The notes under the pieces are model-generated. The model was given only the letters and a program-made list of their open reading frames with translations, was not told the DNA's origin and did not search any database. This document shows positions 44,701 to 59,700 of a stretch of 64,000 bases of DNA, one piece after another; the stretch's first letter is position 1, and every line of letters starts with the position of its first letter. Position numbers and translations under genes: made by a program. Source of the DNA: Tubiluchus corallicola (lineage: Eukaryota > Animalia > Priapulida); NCBI GenBank assembly GCA_030141605.1, contig JAQGDQ010000229.1:186001-250000 (forward strand), in the 5' to 3' direction.

Positions 44701-47700
44701 AGGCGGAGATATGCGGAGTTATCGGAACGGCATGACTTTCTCGCCAAGTCGTTGCATGCATCACAGGTGGAAAGTGCAAGAATTAAAAAGTCCTATGAAG
44801 ACGTTGCTAATGAAAACAAGCGGTTGTTGACAGAGCGGGATGGGTTGAAGGTCCAATGTACCTCTGCAATACAACACTGGGATAATGCTTTAAAGCACAG
44901 AAATGACCTCAATGATCAATTTCTACAGGTATATTAAATTTATTAGACATTTATTTATTCTGAAGCCAAATACTGAGTCCATGTAGAAAAGCTTGTACAT
45001 TTCAATGGTATCGTCTTAGTGTGTGCTGCTTGATTTTCTTATATGTAATTTTCTTTTTTATTGAAATAGGTTAAAGAACAAAGAGACAAATCTATGAAAG
45101 AAGTGCAACAGTTGCTTGCGACAAGGAGCAAACTGGCTAAAGATTTGAGCCGCGTGACCGAAGAGAAAAATGCAGCCATTCAGGAGTACACGCTGGTAAG
45201 AAGGCAATGAATATATATCTCTCACCATAAAGAAACTAATTTTGCATTAATTACCTTTTCTTTCCTGTTGGAGGCAGGCAAAAACAAATGCGTATGCATT
45301 CTGCGTCATAATTGAGACATGTAAAAGTTAAGCGAGTTTGTGCTATCGTCACCTGCAAAATTACTTTATTTATGCGCTTGTTTTTTGTAACCTGCCATGC
45401 CATTATTTTATTGCTGATAAAGAACATTTAGACTTTGTTTTTATTATCAAGCTTGTCACTTAATTTTTTATTATTGTGATTACAGGTGATGTCAGAGCGG
45501 GATACTGTACATAAGGAGATGGAAAAACTGCAAGATGAAATTTCGACTGCCCAGAAGAAGCTGAAAACTGTTGAGTATGAAAAACAGCAACAATCACATG
45601 AAATAGAAACGCTGCGACGGGAAATCGCATCCGCGCTTGCCGACCGCGATCGGGCCATGAAGGAGTCGCATGACCTGAGAGAGAAATATGGCGGCTTGTA
45701 CACGAAGAAGAGGGACGCTCCCAATGGATCATCTCGTGACTATCGTACATCCAGCGAAACTACGATTGCCATGGAGGCGAAAGTAGAAGCTGCATCTGCT
45801 GCTGATGTAAACAGAGTAGAAAAGGAGAAGGATACGTGTGGAGAGGTGACAAAGCTTGAGGCTGATTCATTGAGGAAACAATATGAAGCTATTCATGCCG
45901 AACTAAAAGGTATTGGTAATTTTTGTCCAACTTGCCTGGCTTAATAATTGTGATTATAGCTTATTGAGCAAACTAGCGTTAAGTAGATTTGTTCATTATG
46001 CAGGGTGTTGCAAAAGAAATGGGCCAGCAGATATGCTGATCAAGTCGCAAGGAAAGTTACCATGGTCTTAGGCCTTATGAAATGATGTTGACATAAAGAT
46101 ACAATTATATTAGCATAATTTCAATTTACCTGCCATTTTGTAAATTTATCTGCCATTTCAAATTTACCTTAGTTTTTGTACATTGGAGTAGAAGCATATT
46201 TCTACTGCATTGTTTTTTGAAACACCCTGTATTTGGAAGATTTTAGAAAAAGCATTTATATTGTGGTATCTTCAAGCAATGTACATTATGAAGCAACTTT
46301 GTTACATTGTATTTGGAATATTTTGGAAAAAGCATTACACTAATATTGATGTACTTCCTAGCTTGCATTATGTATGGAAAATGGGGTAAGTACCATTTGT
46401 TGTGGCGACTTATTATTTTATGAAATAACACTTGATTTTTTTTTACTGAGTCCTAATGATTCATAAATAATCACTTTGATTGTTCAGTAAAGGTACAGCT
46501 CTACCCAAAACTATATTGCCATGTTTATCTGCATGGAAAGTTTGAACATAAAAGACGGCAAAAACATAGATTGGTTTAAGAGCTAAGTTCTGTGATGCTT
46601 TTGTATGACATTTTCAGATAATTGCAGGGATTAACAGATTGAGATACTGAAGTGTTCGTAAAACTCTTAATTAACTTTTGTTTTCTACAGAAGACAAGGA
46701 TTTACTAATGTTATCACATTATTAAACTAAAATTTAGGATTTACTAAAATATCACAATATATGCACTATAGTTAAATGTAATTAGTTTGTTAGTACACTA
46801 TGAATGTATGTCTCTTCTACCCTGAAAAAGAGATATTAGCTGTTGTACTTAGTATGGATGAAAATGTTTCGTCAGCTAGAGCTCGAAACTGGTGCTGCTT
46901 ACAAAGCAGAGGCACGCCACTAATTGCGACACTGAGAATTTTATTACACTAAGAAATCCTTTCTGGGCTTAATTGGTAAAACAGTTGCATGATAAGCAGA
47001 AGTCACTTGGTTCAACTCCATGTGAGGACCATTTTTTTACACTTTTCCACGCTAGCTGTTGGAGCTAGTATCTCTTTCTAAGTGTAGCAGAAGCATGTAA
47101 TTTATAATTCTGAATGTATCATTTAGTGCTGCATTTTTATACTCTGTAGACATTAAACAAGTATATTTACGTGACCTGTATTTTTTGACAAATTTTGTGA
47201 GCTCATGCAACATTTTCTGTTTTTTCTAGATGCCAAGAACGAAGCTGAAGTCGCAAAACGACGACGCGACTGGGCATTTACAGAACGTGACAAGATTGTT
47301 CTGGAACGTGAAAGTCTTCGCACCATGTGCGATAAACTACGTCGTGAACGTGAACGTGCCGTAAGTGACTTGGCCGAGGCTCTAAGGGACTTTGATGATG
47401 TAAAGAATCAGAGGAATAAGGCAGTGAAAGAGGTGAAAGAATTAAAGTAAGTGTTAGCTGAGTTTTATGTTCCAACAGATATATTGATTATTATCTCTAA
47501 TGCAATTTTTATGCTAGTTACTAACATTAAATTTTTTGATAAGTTAAATTTTTATAGATTCACTCTTCATAGTAGATTACTTTTTATACATTTGACTATT
47601 AATGATGAATAAATACATAAATTTAATGCACAATTTTCAGTCTGATAAGTCAGATGATTAACATTTGCAAACAGTGGCCTAGCTAATAGGGAAGGTTGTT

Positions 47701-50700
47701 CCCTTGATCACATTTTTCAAAATTGGCACCTTTTCAACAATGGAGTCATTACTTTATTTGACCAACTTCCCTCCCGTGTTTTTGAAATGAGTGCATTTAT
47801 GCAGCTCATTTGCCAAGCTTGACTGATTGAAGCAAGGATCAAATTGCCCCAAGTCTAATTATTATAATTTTATATATTCTTGTTCTTGTCACACGATTGT
47901 CTAGTAATAGGCCTTTTAAGTACAAAATAACAATTATGTACTTCTATTAAAACTATATTTTCCTCGTGTTTTGATTTTAAACACAAAATTAAATTGTGTA
48001 TTCAATGCGTTAAAAATTGTTTGGTATGTGTCACGGTGTCTTTTTATGTGCTTGCTCCCTATAACTATATAACTTGGCTACACCCCTGTTCATAAGCATT
48101 TTATTGATTGGCTATGTCAATCTCATTTTGCTATGGGTAGTAGAAAGTAGATTGTCATTAGTTTAAGAGAAAGTATTTGCTGTACAGGATGTTTCAAAAG
48201 TCACTTTGATTTTCACTTTTCTTTGTAGCTGATCGACCGATACGTTTATCTTGTGGGGAATTCTTACTGCACATGAATTGTTTATTTACATATTTATTAC
48301 GTTTATTCGCATATAAAATACAATTTACAAATGAAATAATAATAAAAGTCTACATGACTTTTTTGCCATTTTCTTCTGCTTCCACCCAGTTGCGTAAAAT
48401 CTCAGAGTTCTAGAGCTTCTTCTTCTTCCCAGCTTTTCCCTATGCGGGGTCGCCGTTGTGAATGAGTCTTCTCCACGCATTCCTGTTGTTGACCATTTCT
48501 TCATTTATGTCTTCCCTTCCCACATGATCTTCACCGACTCTTTTTTTTCAGGTGTCCATACCATCTCAATCTTGCGAGGCTTCCACTACTTTTACTGTTC
48601 CTCTGATATTATTATTTCTAATTTTATCTCTTCTTGTTATTCCCACCATCCATCTCAACATCCTCATCTCCACCACACCCATTTTCTTCTCTTTGGTCTT
48701 CTTTAGAGAAGCTGCTTCCAGCTCATAGATTAGAGCGGGTCTGACCACTTCTTTGTGGACTTTACCTTTAAGTCTCACCGATTCATTCATAGAAGGTTTT
48801 GGCGCAGTTTTTACAGGCGGATGCCCTTCCTGACCCTAACCCTCCCTATTTATCCGGTCTTGGGACCGGCACTGAGTTGGGCTGGCTTGCCCCTCCCAGT
48901 GGCTAGGTTCTCAGAGCTCTAGACACCAGGTGTAAAATCTCTGCATGGCCATATGGTAGCTAGGAGCGTGGCATATATGTGTAAAATTCAAAGTGCAGCA
49001 GTAGAGTTATGAAGCTAAGTTTGATGCCACTGAAATTCGCATGAATCGTAGATTCTGCCGCCAAATTACCATTTCGTCCCTTTGTAATTGCTATTAATTT
49101 TTAACAGTTTTTTAAAAACAATGAGTGACTTTTGAAGCACCCTGTATTTAGTATTACGACACCTCAGTGCAGAGAAGCTGTAATAGTGCTGTACGGCTTT
49201 ATTTTAACTCATATTTTGTATGTGATTCCAGAGAACAGATTGAGCTGCAATCAGACCGTGACATACTACGACCTCACATTGATCCACCTGGTCACAATCA
49301 CAGCCGCGACTCTGCCATAGACACGGATCTGCAGGAGTGGGAATGGGAACAGTTGGAACTGAACATGGATTTGACGGGCTCAATGAACTTTGGGATTGAT
49401 TTAGTCGGTGGAATGGATGACCCCCAGTTCCCCAATGACCCTTTTATCTATGTCAACCATGTGTCGAAGAACAGCAGTGCATATGGAAAACTAAAGTAAG
49501 TAAATTTCTCACATAATAGCCAGTTAATTCTTATTCTTCGGATGTTTTTGGCCAAACCAAATTTGTCATAACTAATTCCCTAACATGACGATTTATGCGA
49601 CATTTGCAGTCCCTTGCACCCTGAGGCTTTTGGACTATGAACGTAGTATAAAATTTGTGTACTACAAAGAGGCAGCTTATGAGATTTTTATCCAATATTG
49701 GGATTCACCCTTTAACTATTGAACATTACATTGTAAATGTGCGAAAGTTAAAAAATGTTTTACCTTGCAATTTAACTGTAGCAGCTTGACTTCACTTGCA
49801 CAGTTGCTAGCTGCATGCAGTAAACAACACTCTGGTCAGTGGTGTGCCTGGGTTTGCTAGCATGTTTAAAGGAAAACAGGATGATTTTTATATTCTGTTT
49901 TGTTTTGAAGTACTGCAAACAGAATACATTTTAAATAATGTTGTCACCTAATTAGATAATAGCTTAAAATCTTAATTAATGGTGGGTTAGCACAGTGAGC
50001 GATGAAGTCAGAACTAAAAAGAATTTTTAACAGCACAAACATTTCACGCGCGTGTTGCACGTTTTTAATAAAACAAAGATTGAATTACGATGCTACTGTA
50101 CAACATCGGCTGCGTGCAACAAATGCTGATCAATTTTTTATTTTTGAAAATTTAAGTTCAAAGCTTACAGCTGTGTCGTCATGCAATTTCAATACAAATG
50201 TGTGCTACATCAGAAACAGACTGAGAAATGTATCTTAGCACCTGTTTTTTTCCAACGCATTTCCGAAATGCAGACGTTGTGTCCACCTAACATGCAAATG
50301 GCAAAACGCATGTAATGGAGTGAGCATGAAATTAAACTTTCGCGGTAATAATTCTTTCACGAAAGTCTCATTTAAAAGAAGCAATATTTCTCTTTCGATG
50401 TTATATACAATACATGATTTTGAGCTATAGTTTAAAATTGAGTCCTATTCCCCTATAACCAATAGAAATTTGCTATAACCGTTATATTATAGTGTAGAAG
50501 CATGGACCAGTCACAATTACAATTGCTGGTATACAATTAACTATTTAAAAATGCTTTGAGCCTGTTTGGAAGAAGAGGGTCGTAGCAGTATTTTATCTGT
50601 TTTATACTACAAAAATATATCTTGCATTTTAGCCAATCAGAAATATAGAATTTTTCCTAATTTTGGACTGATGTATTTTCAGGCCAAATGATTGTCTTCT

Positions 50701-53700
50701 GCGAGTGAATAACGTTGATCTGACCAATGCCGATAAGAAGATAGTGTGGCAGGCAATGCGCAAGTCCAGTGGAATCGTGAATATGTTGGTCCGCAGGCGT
50801 CGGTCCACTATAACTAGACTTCTTCACTCCGTATCTATTAATTTGAATGACTCAAAAGGTGTGTTTTTGTTTCATTAAATTATCCTAATAAAATTGGATA
50901 AAATTGCAATATATTTTCCTATGAGCTTATTTACTGATTAGTTTTGAACGATCTTAATTTGTTGGTTACCATTTTGATGCAAATAACAAACTGCATCTAA
51001 ACTAACAATTTTTCTTGGCCAATTTTGATTAGATACTGTAACCTGTTTCTAAAGATTAAATCTCTATGATTAAATTCAGAAATTGCTAGGCATATCTTAG
51101 TTAGTAATGTGTTCCTAAAATGAACCTCGTTATTTCAAAATATCAAGCTGTTGTTGTTGTCCATAAGAGAGTAGTTGTAGTAGAACTTTAGTTGGGATTA
51201 ACCATAGTGAGAAATGAATAGCATAGCATACTGTCCAATACTAGTGTGCGGTCAGTCTAGTTCATAGCTATACGTTATCAAAAAACTATAAGAAATACAC
51301 ACACACGCATTTATTCGTTTGCACTATCATATTTGACACAGCCATCATGAAACCTCCTCTACTGGTAATCTTCATTCATACAAATAATCTGACACAGGTT
51401 TTGAATTCTTGTAAATGTGTCGCATTGTGTTAGTCTTACTGAAAACTAACACCTGATAGAAAGATTCTTTTGTTAGATAGAGGCGTGTATAATGCGATAA
51501 ATTTTCTCGCTTAGGTCATATGTCACTAAATGTCACTAAAACTAATTCATATGCATTAGACCATACACAGCAGCTGGTAGATATGAGGCGAGTTTTGCTT
51601 ATTGTTTCAACTACAGTTTATTCGTTATTAGCTGCCTATAACTAACATTTATACACAGCGTGGATAAGAACTCCACCTTAGACCATGGTAAATGATATGC
51701 TTAAATAAGTGTTCTCCATCAATAATACATTGTTACATGCATTACAATACAAGATTTTAACTACTGCAAATAAAACTAAAGTTTCACCTGATAATAAGTT
51801 ATCGGCCCAGGCCAAGAAGATAAACTTCTACAGGCCTGAACAGAAGGCAATCTGGAAAGAAAAGATGTAAAAGGTGCAAAATGAAATAAGCAAAAAAATA
51901 AATAAATACCAGGGTGATAGTGAGGGTAAGGAAATGATAATGAAAAGTGAATGTGATGATTGTGAAAATGAAGATTAGATTCACAAGAAAATGTAACTCA
52001 GATCAATCACCTGAGTTACTGCAAAAATCAGTATGGAGTCATGCCGGGGACAAAGGTGTGCACATTCACCAGTCGGCATGCTACATTCCAGTCACTGACT
52101 GCATTTTTGTCAAATCATTTTCATCTTTTTTAGATTTTGGTTTGGATGTGGAGCAAGGCTATTATGTTAGCAACATCACGCTATCTTCATTGGCAGCAAA
52201 GGAGGGGAATGTTGCTGTTGGTGACAGGATCGTTTATGTAAGTTTTGTGACAGTATCTCTCACTTCTGCAAGTAGTGGCTTCATTATGGTGCAATGCAAT
52301 ATTGTACCCTCTGTTATAGTACAATGTAAAACACTTGTTTTTCGTGAAAAAATTGCTAGTGAGATTGTCTCCATGTTTATGGTTCTCTCACAGAATAAAC
52401 ATTTGGGGTAAAGGTGTTGAAGCAAAATTTGGCCTAAGCATTGTCAAGTGAAAAAGTGAAATATATCTTAAATGGTGGTAGCTGTCCAGTTTTCACAAAC
52501 AGAGATGTTGTCAAGTTTTTTTTCTGCAAATCTTTTAGAGGAGTTCAAACTTCATACCTGAGTGGTAATCGCACACTTTGCATGCGTAGTTCATGACTAC
52601 TTGAGTTCAGTACTCACTCTGAACAGTTTCACTGATCCTGGCAGTTTATCCTGTAGAGGGTGATGTATATACATTGTGGCACCTCTGCTGGCTCAGTGGC
52701 TCATCATAGGAGCATATCCTTATTAATGTAACACCATAAACATTGTGTTTAACATGCCGACATGCAAAAGTCTATAAAAATAATAATAATAAAACGCTTT
52801 GCTTTAGGTGAGCCTTGTTTAATTATTCTATGACTCTATCATTTAATGACACTAACATCAAAGTATGGTCTTAGACAATATTGAGTTTTCTTTGGGTGAC
52901 AGATCAATGGACAGCCAGTCGACAATAAGAGTTTGGAAGATGTTCGACAGAGCGTATGGGCATCCGGTGACACTTTACGGCTTTCTGTTGTCAAATACTG
53001 TCCATGGAGTAATTATCCGTATGTTGGACACGTCGGTGTGCAGGATGGTTCCGATAGACGTGGTAGTACACCATCCAGTAAACAAATGCAGGTGTGTACT
53101 AGATGAAAAATGTTTAGAATTTTGCGATAGTCAGATTACTAGTCTGTTTAAAAAAATGATAGTAATTTGCCGCAATTTTTTTCAGCACGTGTGACATAAG
53201 ATAGCTGGATTGAATAAAAGTTGATTTTCTAATTTTTCGTTGGGTGTGCAATTATTTTTGACTCCACTAAAAACAGTTTTTTACTGTTACCTAAAGCTTT
53301 TTTCTTTGGTGTGTAAATTATTTTAAATTAAACGAATGCTGTTTTATTGTTATTTGAGGTATGCAAGAACTGACATTTTTTCTAATGGGGAAATTCGGAC
53401 ACGAATTACATGACCATGTTTATGTTAAAAACTGAATGAGTTATTACATTTTTTGCTTTAACAGGTGTCTTTGGGGTACAAAAAAGAACATGAATCTACA
53501 TCATCTATAGGAACCTCTAGGGAGAAGAGTAAAGATCCTAGCATCCCAAAGTACTATTCACATTTATTATTGCTTTAATATGACCACTAACTGTTTGTGG
53601 TATACTGAAGGGTTTTAAAGTAATTTGTCTTTTTTACTCTGTGGTATATGCACCGTTAAATCTATAGTAGCAGTGAGTTTTAAAACTGTTAATTTGCATC

Positions 53701-56700
53701 TTTTCAAAGTTTGGTTTATCATTCCTTATGTAGAAGGAACTTTTACCACCAAATTATCAATTTTTATAAGTTTTTTAGGACCATTTTAGTGTGAACTTGT
53801 AATTATTTTTATTATGTCAATGTTATCTTAGTTTTATCTGTAATTATGTAAATATTTGTATATTGGATGATTTCCCTGTAATAAAAAGTATAATATAATA
53901 ATTCCTTATTCTGACTGAAAAAAATTATTTGTATTACAGATTTCTTGAGAAAACAGTTGAAAGGATCACTGGCATTCGGCGGAAGAAAGAGGATCGTCAC
54001 TATTCCCCAATGCGCGAAGACCTTGCACCTGATGAATCAGCAGTAATTGCTAATCTGAACGATATGCTGCAAGATTACACTGAGGAAACACAACCTCAGA
54101 AGAGCTACCAGAGACGGCATCGAGGCAGGATAAAGAAAGGTCTCAAAGAGATCCGAAAGGGCGGAACGTGGCCAAAGTATCACGGTGCTGAATCGCACGA
54201 TTCAACTGATTCGCCCGATGGTACAATTCGAGCATCTCCAGCCAAGAAACAAAATCGTACCAGCATAATGGAAATTATTTTTGCATCACCTAAGAGCAGT
54301 AACTTTGATGTTGGAAATGAGGGTAACGAAAGAACTGCCCCAAAATCTCGTTCATTCAAGGTTTACCACAGCCCTCAAAGCTCTAAGGATGACTGCAAAA
54401 ATCGTTTAACTAATGTTGATCCGCCACCCTTAGTGCAGTCATCATCAAACTACAGTTTGCACAGTAGTCCGCCTCTGCCGGAGACTATTTCTGAGCAGAG
54501 CCTTCCAACCTCAAGAGACTACCATCGACCAAAACGATCGACACCCAAGCATAAAGCTATGAAAACACCTTCACCAGAAGGGGTTTTGCCTGCTTCTAAA
54601 ACTCGTACATTTACTGTTCAAGCACCGATACCACAGGGACATGAGAGACATAGCTCTCATCGTACAGGTGTTTCTCCACTGGTGTCTCCACCTGGTGCAA
54701 TTCCGAGAAGCTCGTTAGTGCCTTACCATGGAAGAACTGGAACATCTCCTGGTCCAAGTAATGATTTTTGTCATTGATGTATTGCTGCATGCTTACTTAT
54801 AGTTGTGGTCAATGCTTCAGATTTCAAGTAATCACGATTACCGATTACTTTTTGTTGGTGATCAATTACTGTAATCCTTTATTGACTATATACAGAGATC
54901 GCCCATAGGATCTAATTACCAGAAGGGAGAGAGGTGTACATATCTGTGCTTCCAATGTGCCCTAAAGCTTAACTGAACTCACTGAAAGTTGAGCTATGCA
55001 AGCTTTGTGTTTGAGAGTGTTTAGATCCACTATTTGCCCATATTGAAAATTACTGCAAATGCATTTTTCCTATTTCAAATCATTATAAACCTGTTAGCAA
55101 AAAAATAATCAGTTAGTAGTCGATTACTTAGCAAAGTAATCGATACCAGAGACTTGCGAGCAAGTCTATTGCACTCGCTGCTAGTTATTTATACTAACTA
55201 GCAGCTTTTAGGAGTATCTGCACAGGGATACTCGAGCCGTCGTGACACAATTTACATTTTTTATTTTTTTAAACAAACTAAGCAAAATGTTTCAAAATAA
55301 GCACAGATAAACTAGAACTTTTGAGAATTCTTCTAGGCAAATTACGTAAAATTGTTTTTACCCATACGCCACATTTTTCAAACGTTTCAGCTATTGATTG
55401 AAATGTGCATTTCCAACATCAGTATTTTAAGCTAAATGTTTGCACATCAACCTAATTATTACATCAAGTTTATGAACAGTCTTAGTCTTGCTGCAAAAAA
55501 ATTCTTGATATAGGCTCATAAAAGATTGCAGAGAACCAAATCTGTCACATTGCAGTGTTTTACTACAGAACGTCTCTGCGCCCAATTCACCAGATGGTGG
55601 AAATCTTGCATTAAGTTTTAAAACATTTGTGACTGTTCATCGTGAAAGTGGTGACCCAGCTAAAGTTTAAGTACCAAAAGAATGTTCAAAGACAGCTTTT
55701 GATTCTCGCCTGAAGTTTCGGAGACTGAATATAAATTTGAATTGTCTTGTGTGTTAAAATTACTACCACTGCAAGGAGATTACTAACACTACACAAATTA
55801 AGAACACTAGGTCTTAATGTAACTTTAGACAAACTGATTAAATCCTGTGAACTAAAGCATTTTACTGTTAATATATTGTTCAGAATTATTTCTGTTTGTT
55901 CACTATTTCATTTTTCTCAAATCATATCATTGCTGTTTTAAGTCTAAGGTATAAATTTCTTTTTAAATAGTTTTTTGTTACACAATTTTTATATGTTTTC
56001 CATTTGTCACTAATTATTAGTTTTTTACTAGTGAGAGAATTTATAATAATTTGCTAACTTTTTTCTGGAAGGTTGGACATACCGTAGTGGCATGAGCCAG
56101 ATTGCTGAGATAGATACAGTTCCGTATCATTGCCTTACGGAGATGCCTTCAACTGGTCCGTCTCCTAGTCCGTCTCAACACAGCGGTGTTTCTACCAGCT
56201 CTCCACATCAGAGCTTGGATCCATTTCATCAGATGACTGTTTTACCTGGATCTCACATGGTAATTCACGGAAGCCCAGTTTCTGCCTTAACTACGTCAGC
56301 GCAAGGGCGACCACACAGGAAACCCACTCCGTCTAACCAAGAGGTGTTGACCGGAAGCGGAAAGTTGCCATCTGTTCCTTCATTTGATAGAGGTAAGGAT
56401 GCTTCATGTAATTTTTGCTAATAATTTACATTGCTTAATGGATGTAAATTACAATGTTGTGCTGCAAATGTTACTCTTGAGTGAGAGATTTGAAAGCATC
56501 ACCCCGGCATGCAATATTTGTGTGCTTGCATGGCAAAGTCGTCCATAAGTCAGCAATTAAGCTTTTCTAGTTACTCACATATCCTGAATTTCTATTTCAT
56601 GAGGATCATTTTGATACCAAGCTGATCGCTCTATGTCATTTCTAAGCTAAGATAATCCACATTGATGTTGATGTGCACACTGCACACTGAAAAATGTAAC

Positions 56701-59700
56701 CTTGAGAAAATCTTTGTCAAAGTTAGCCATTATTTTTTGTCGCGTTTCTACAAAACACTTGGCAACCGCACAAAATGCTATGGATTTTGCAAGAACACAT
56801 TGAAATTATGTTTAAATCCAGCAGATGCCTTTTCCTGACAAAGATCTGGGCTTGGCGACAGAAAAATAAATCGAAAGCAAAATTATTGTTTCCACGAACT
56901 ACTATCAGAGTTTGAAAATACAAGTTTCTAACAATTGAAGTACTAGTCTATAACCAGAAAAGTGGGTACGAGGTTATAAAATATAATTTTCAGTTTTTTT
57001 AACATTTTCCCGGATAATTTGATGCTAGAATATAAATGTCCACTATATTTAGCATTTGTTTTTATAAAAAAAAAGAAAAATTGACATTTGTCCAAATTTT
57101 TGGTGCATTCTATTTATACGCATCATAATTAGTTTCAACTATACCGACTTATGGACAGTTTTGGTTTGCAAACACAATTTGTTTTCTGAATCTGCATTGT
57201 TTGCCTACCAATAGTTCAACGTGGTATCACGAAAGGTACTAGACATCCATCTAGAGCTAAACTAAACTAAAAAGTGGCTGCTGTTGCCTCTTTCTGTCAG
57301 TTACAGGTTTTAGTTAATGACTTTGAATGTATGCTTCTGCTGTCAATTGATTAGAAATGATCATTAACATTAAACCTTTTAAATTGTTTAAGAAATCTGG
57401 TTTGCTATGGCTATGTCGTCAAAACTCGTTGTTTAGGATGTTGTACCTTTAGCATTGTTAATATTGCATTTCAGTGTCGTCAGTAAGCATGGATGGGCCA
57501 AGAGGTAGCCCAATCACTCCGATCTTCCCTTTTCCTCCGCCTCCTCCTTCATCTCAAGAAATCATTGTTTGCTACACGGTTTTACCTGAACAAGAACAAC
57601 CGCTCAAAAAGTAAGTATATAAACTGTTTGCTTTTATTTTGTTACACCAAAGTCACTTAATTTTTTATGCTGATATGAATGCCGAAAGTAAGGCTTTGAA
57701 GAAAATTAATGAGCTCAAAACTGTAAGTCATTATGAAATCAAATTCTGTATATTTTTGCAAGATTAAATTTTAAATTGAATTAATATTATTGGTAAAAAA
57801 TACTAAAGTTACATCACAGTTTGTTAGATCAAGTAATTTAGGAGAAATTGATTTTCTAATTACGGTTAACTTTTAAATTTTTTCGTTGCAGACCGCTGCA
57901 TAGAGAAACACGTAAGATCTTGATCGAGAAGGGTTCAAAACCTCTTGGGATAAAGATCCTAGAGAGAGATGCTGGTGGGATTTTCATCTCCTCTGTCACA
58001 GAGAACAGTTTAGCAGCCATGGCTGGACTACAAGTCGGAGATCAACTGTTAGACGTAAGTTGGATGTACTGTAGAAACATTATAAAAAGTGAATATTGTA
58101 GATATGCTTGTGTGCGGTGCATGTGTGGATAGATATGTCTTGCTTGCTTTAGCAGTTTTAAAAACTTGAGAGCTTTCGTAATCTTGTGGGTTTTAATTTT
58201 TCCTGGTGTTCAGTAAGTTTCAATTCAACAATTGTAAAGCTTATGATGAAACTATTATCAGGGCCGACGCTAGGCAGGCGAGGCCCCTTAGAAAATTGTT
58301 TGTGGGGCCCTCTACCCCCAAATGCCTTAGACATATTTAATAAACAGCACAGCCTTCTATTCCAAGCTTTATTTTATGTGATCTTATTAAAACTGCTCTT
58401 TCTATTATGAAATTTGAATTTGAATATCATCCACAAATTAGCATCCAATGACAATCTGACTAATGCATATAGGGGCTTATTTTTTAAAAAAGGAAATGGC
58501 GACGATAAACTGAAATTACAAAACAAACAAACGATCAGCAAAAAAACATTGAAATATAGATATATGAGGACAGACTGAATAGTTTCACTGCCTTCATAGT
58601 ATCAAGAAACTGTTTGCGCACTGAAATGAAATTGTTTTTACAAATCTAATTTTCTTAAAATAGACCCTAACTATTATGGTGGGGCACTTTTGATGTAATG
58701 GGTTAAATGATTACATGTTGTGCCTGACAGCTTTGCTCCTGTATCACCGAGATATTTTTCAACTAGGTTTGTGGAATTAATCTACGTAATGCAAAGTATT
58801 CAGACGCAGCCAAAGTTTTGCAACAGTGCGATGACAGTGTGCAAATCACGGTGCAGTACAACCCAGATAAATTTCCTGAGCCTGTGGCCGAATCGAGTAG
58901 TGGAGGCTCTACACCCACATTGGCATATCCAGGTCCTCTGCCACAATTTCCTGTAATACAAGAACCTCCTCCTTATCCGCTATCAAGGTAAGTGCAAATT
59001 TTAAATTTGATCGATTATACTTAGGCATGAGATGTAGATCTCTGAAATATACTTTTAGCAATAACTGTTTCCCATTGATCTCATTTTGCTGTTGTTTCTT
59101 TTCTGTTTGTAACCTAACCTCTTTTTTGTGTACATAACGTTCAATGTTAATCACAATAATACGATTATGCCTATTTACCTGTGTATTTTATTATTTGCAT
59201 TAAATATTGTGTTTCAATATGTTTTTACTAAGAAAAAACATCACAAAAATGCAGTTATTAAAATAGGTGGTATGGCTATAAAACTTGTTACTCACACTAA
59301 GTTCCTTGGTACAAGCATAGATGAACATGGAAAGATTATTTAAAATTCATAAAGGAAAAAATTCAAAAAGCATGGAAGTTATATATGGGTTACGACATGC
59401 TCTTCCTTCCACTGTATTTCCCTTATTATATTATTAATACTTTCATATGTATGTTATTCATATATAGTGTGGGGTAGTGTGCAAATACATCTAAACGATA
59501 TTATATTACAGAAAAAAAGCATTAGAGTAGTAAACTTTGCTAGATATACTAACCACATAATGCCACTTTGAAGCACTACAGCACTTGCAGATATAAATAA
59601 CTTTCAAAATGTAATTTTTGTGTATAAATATCATAACAATCTTCTACCATAATTGTTTTCTGACTATTTCATTCCAAATTCTGTTCTTCGTTCGTACAAC

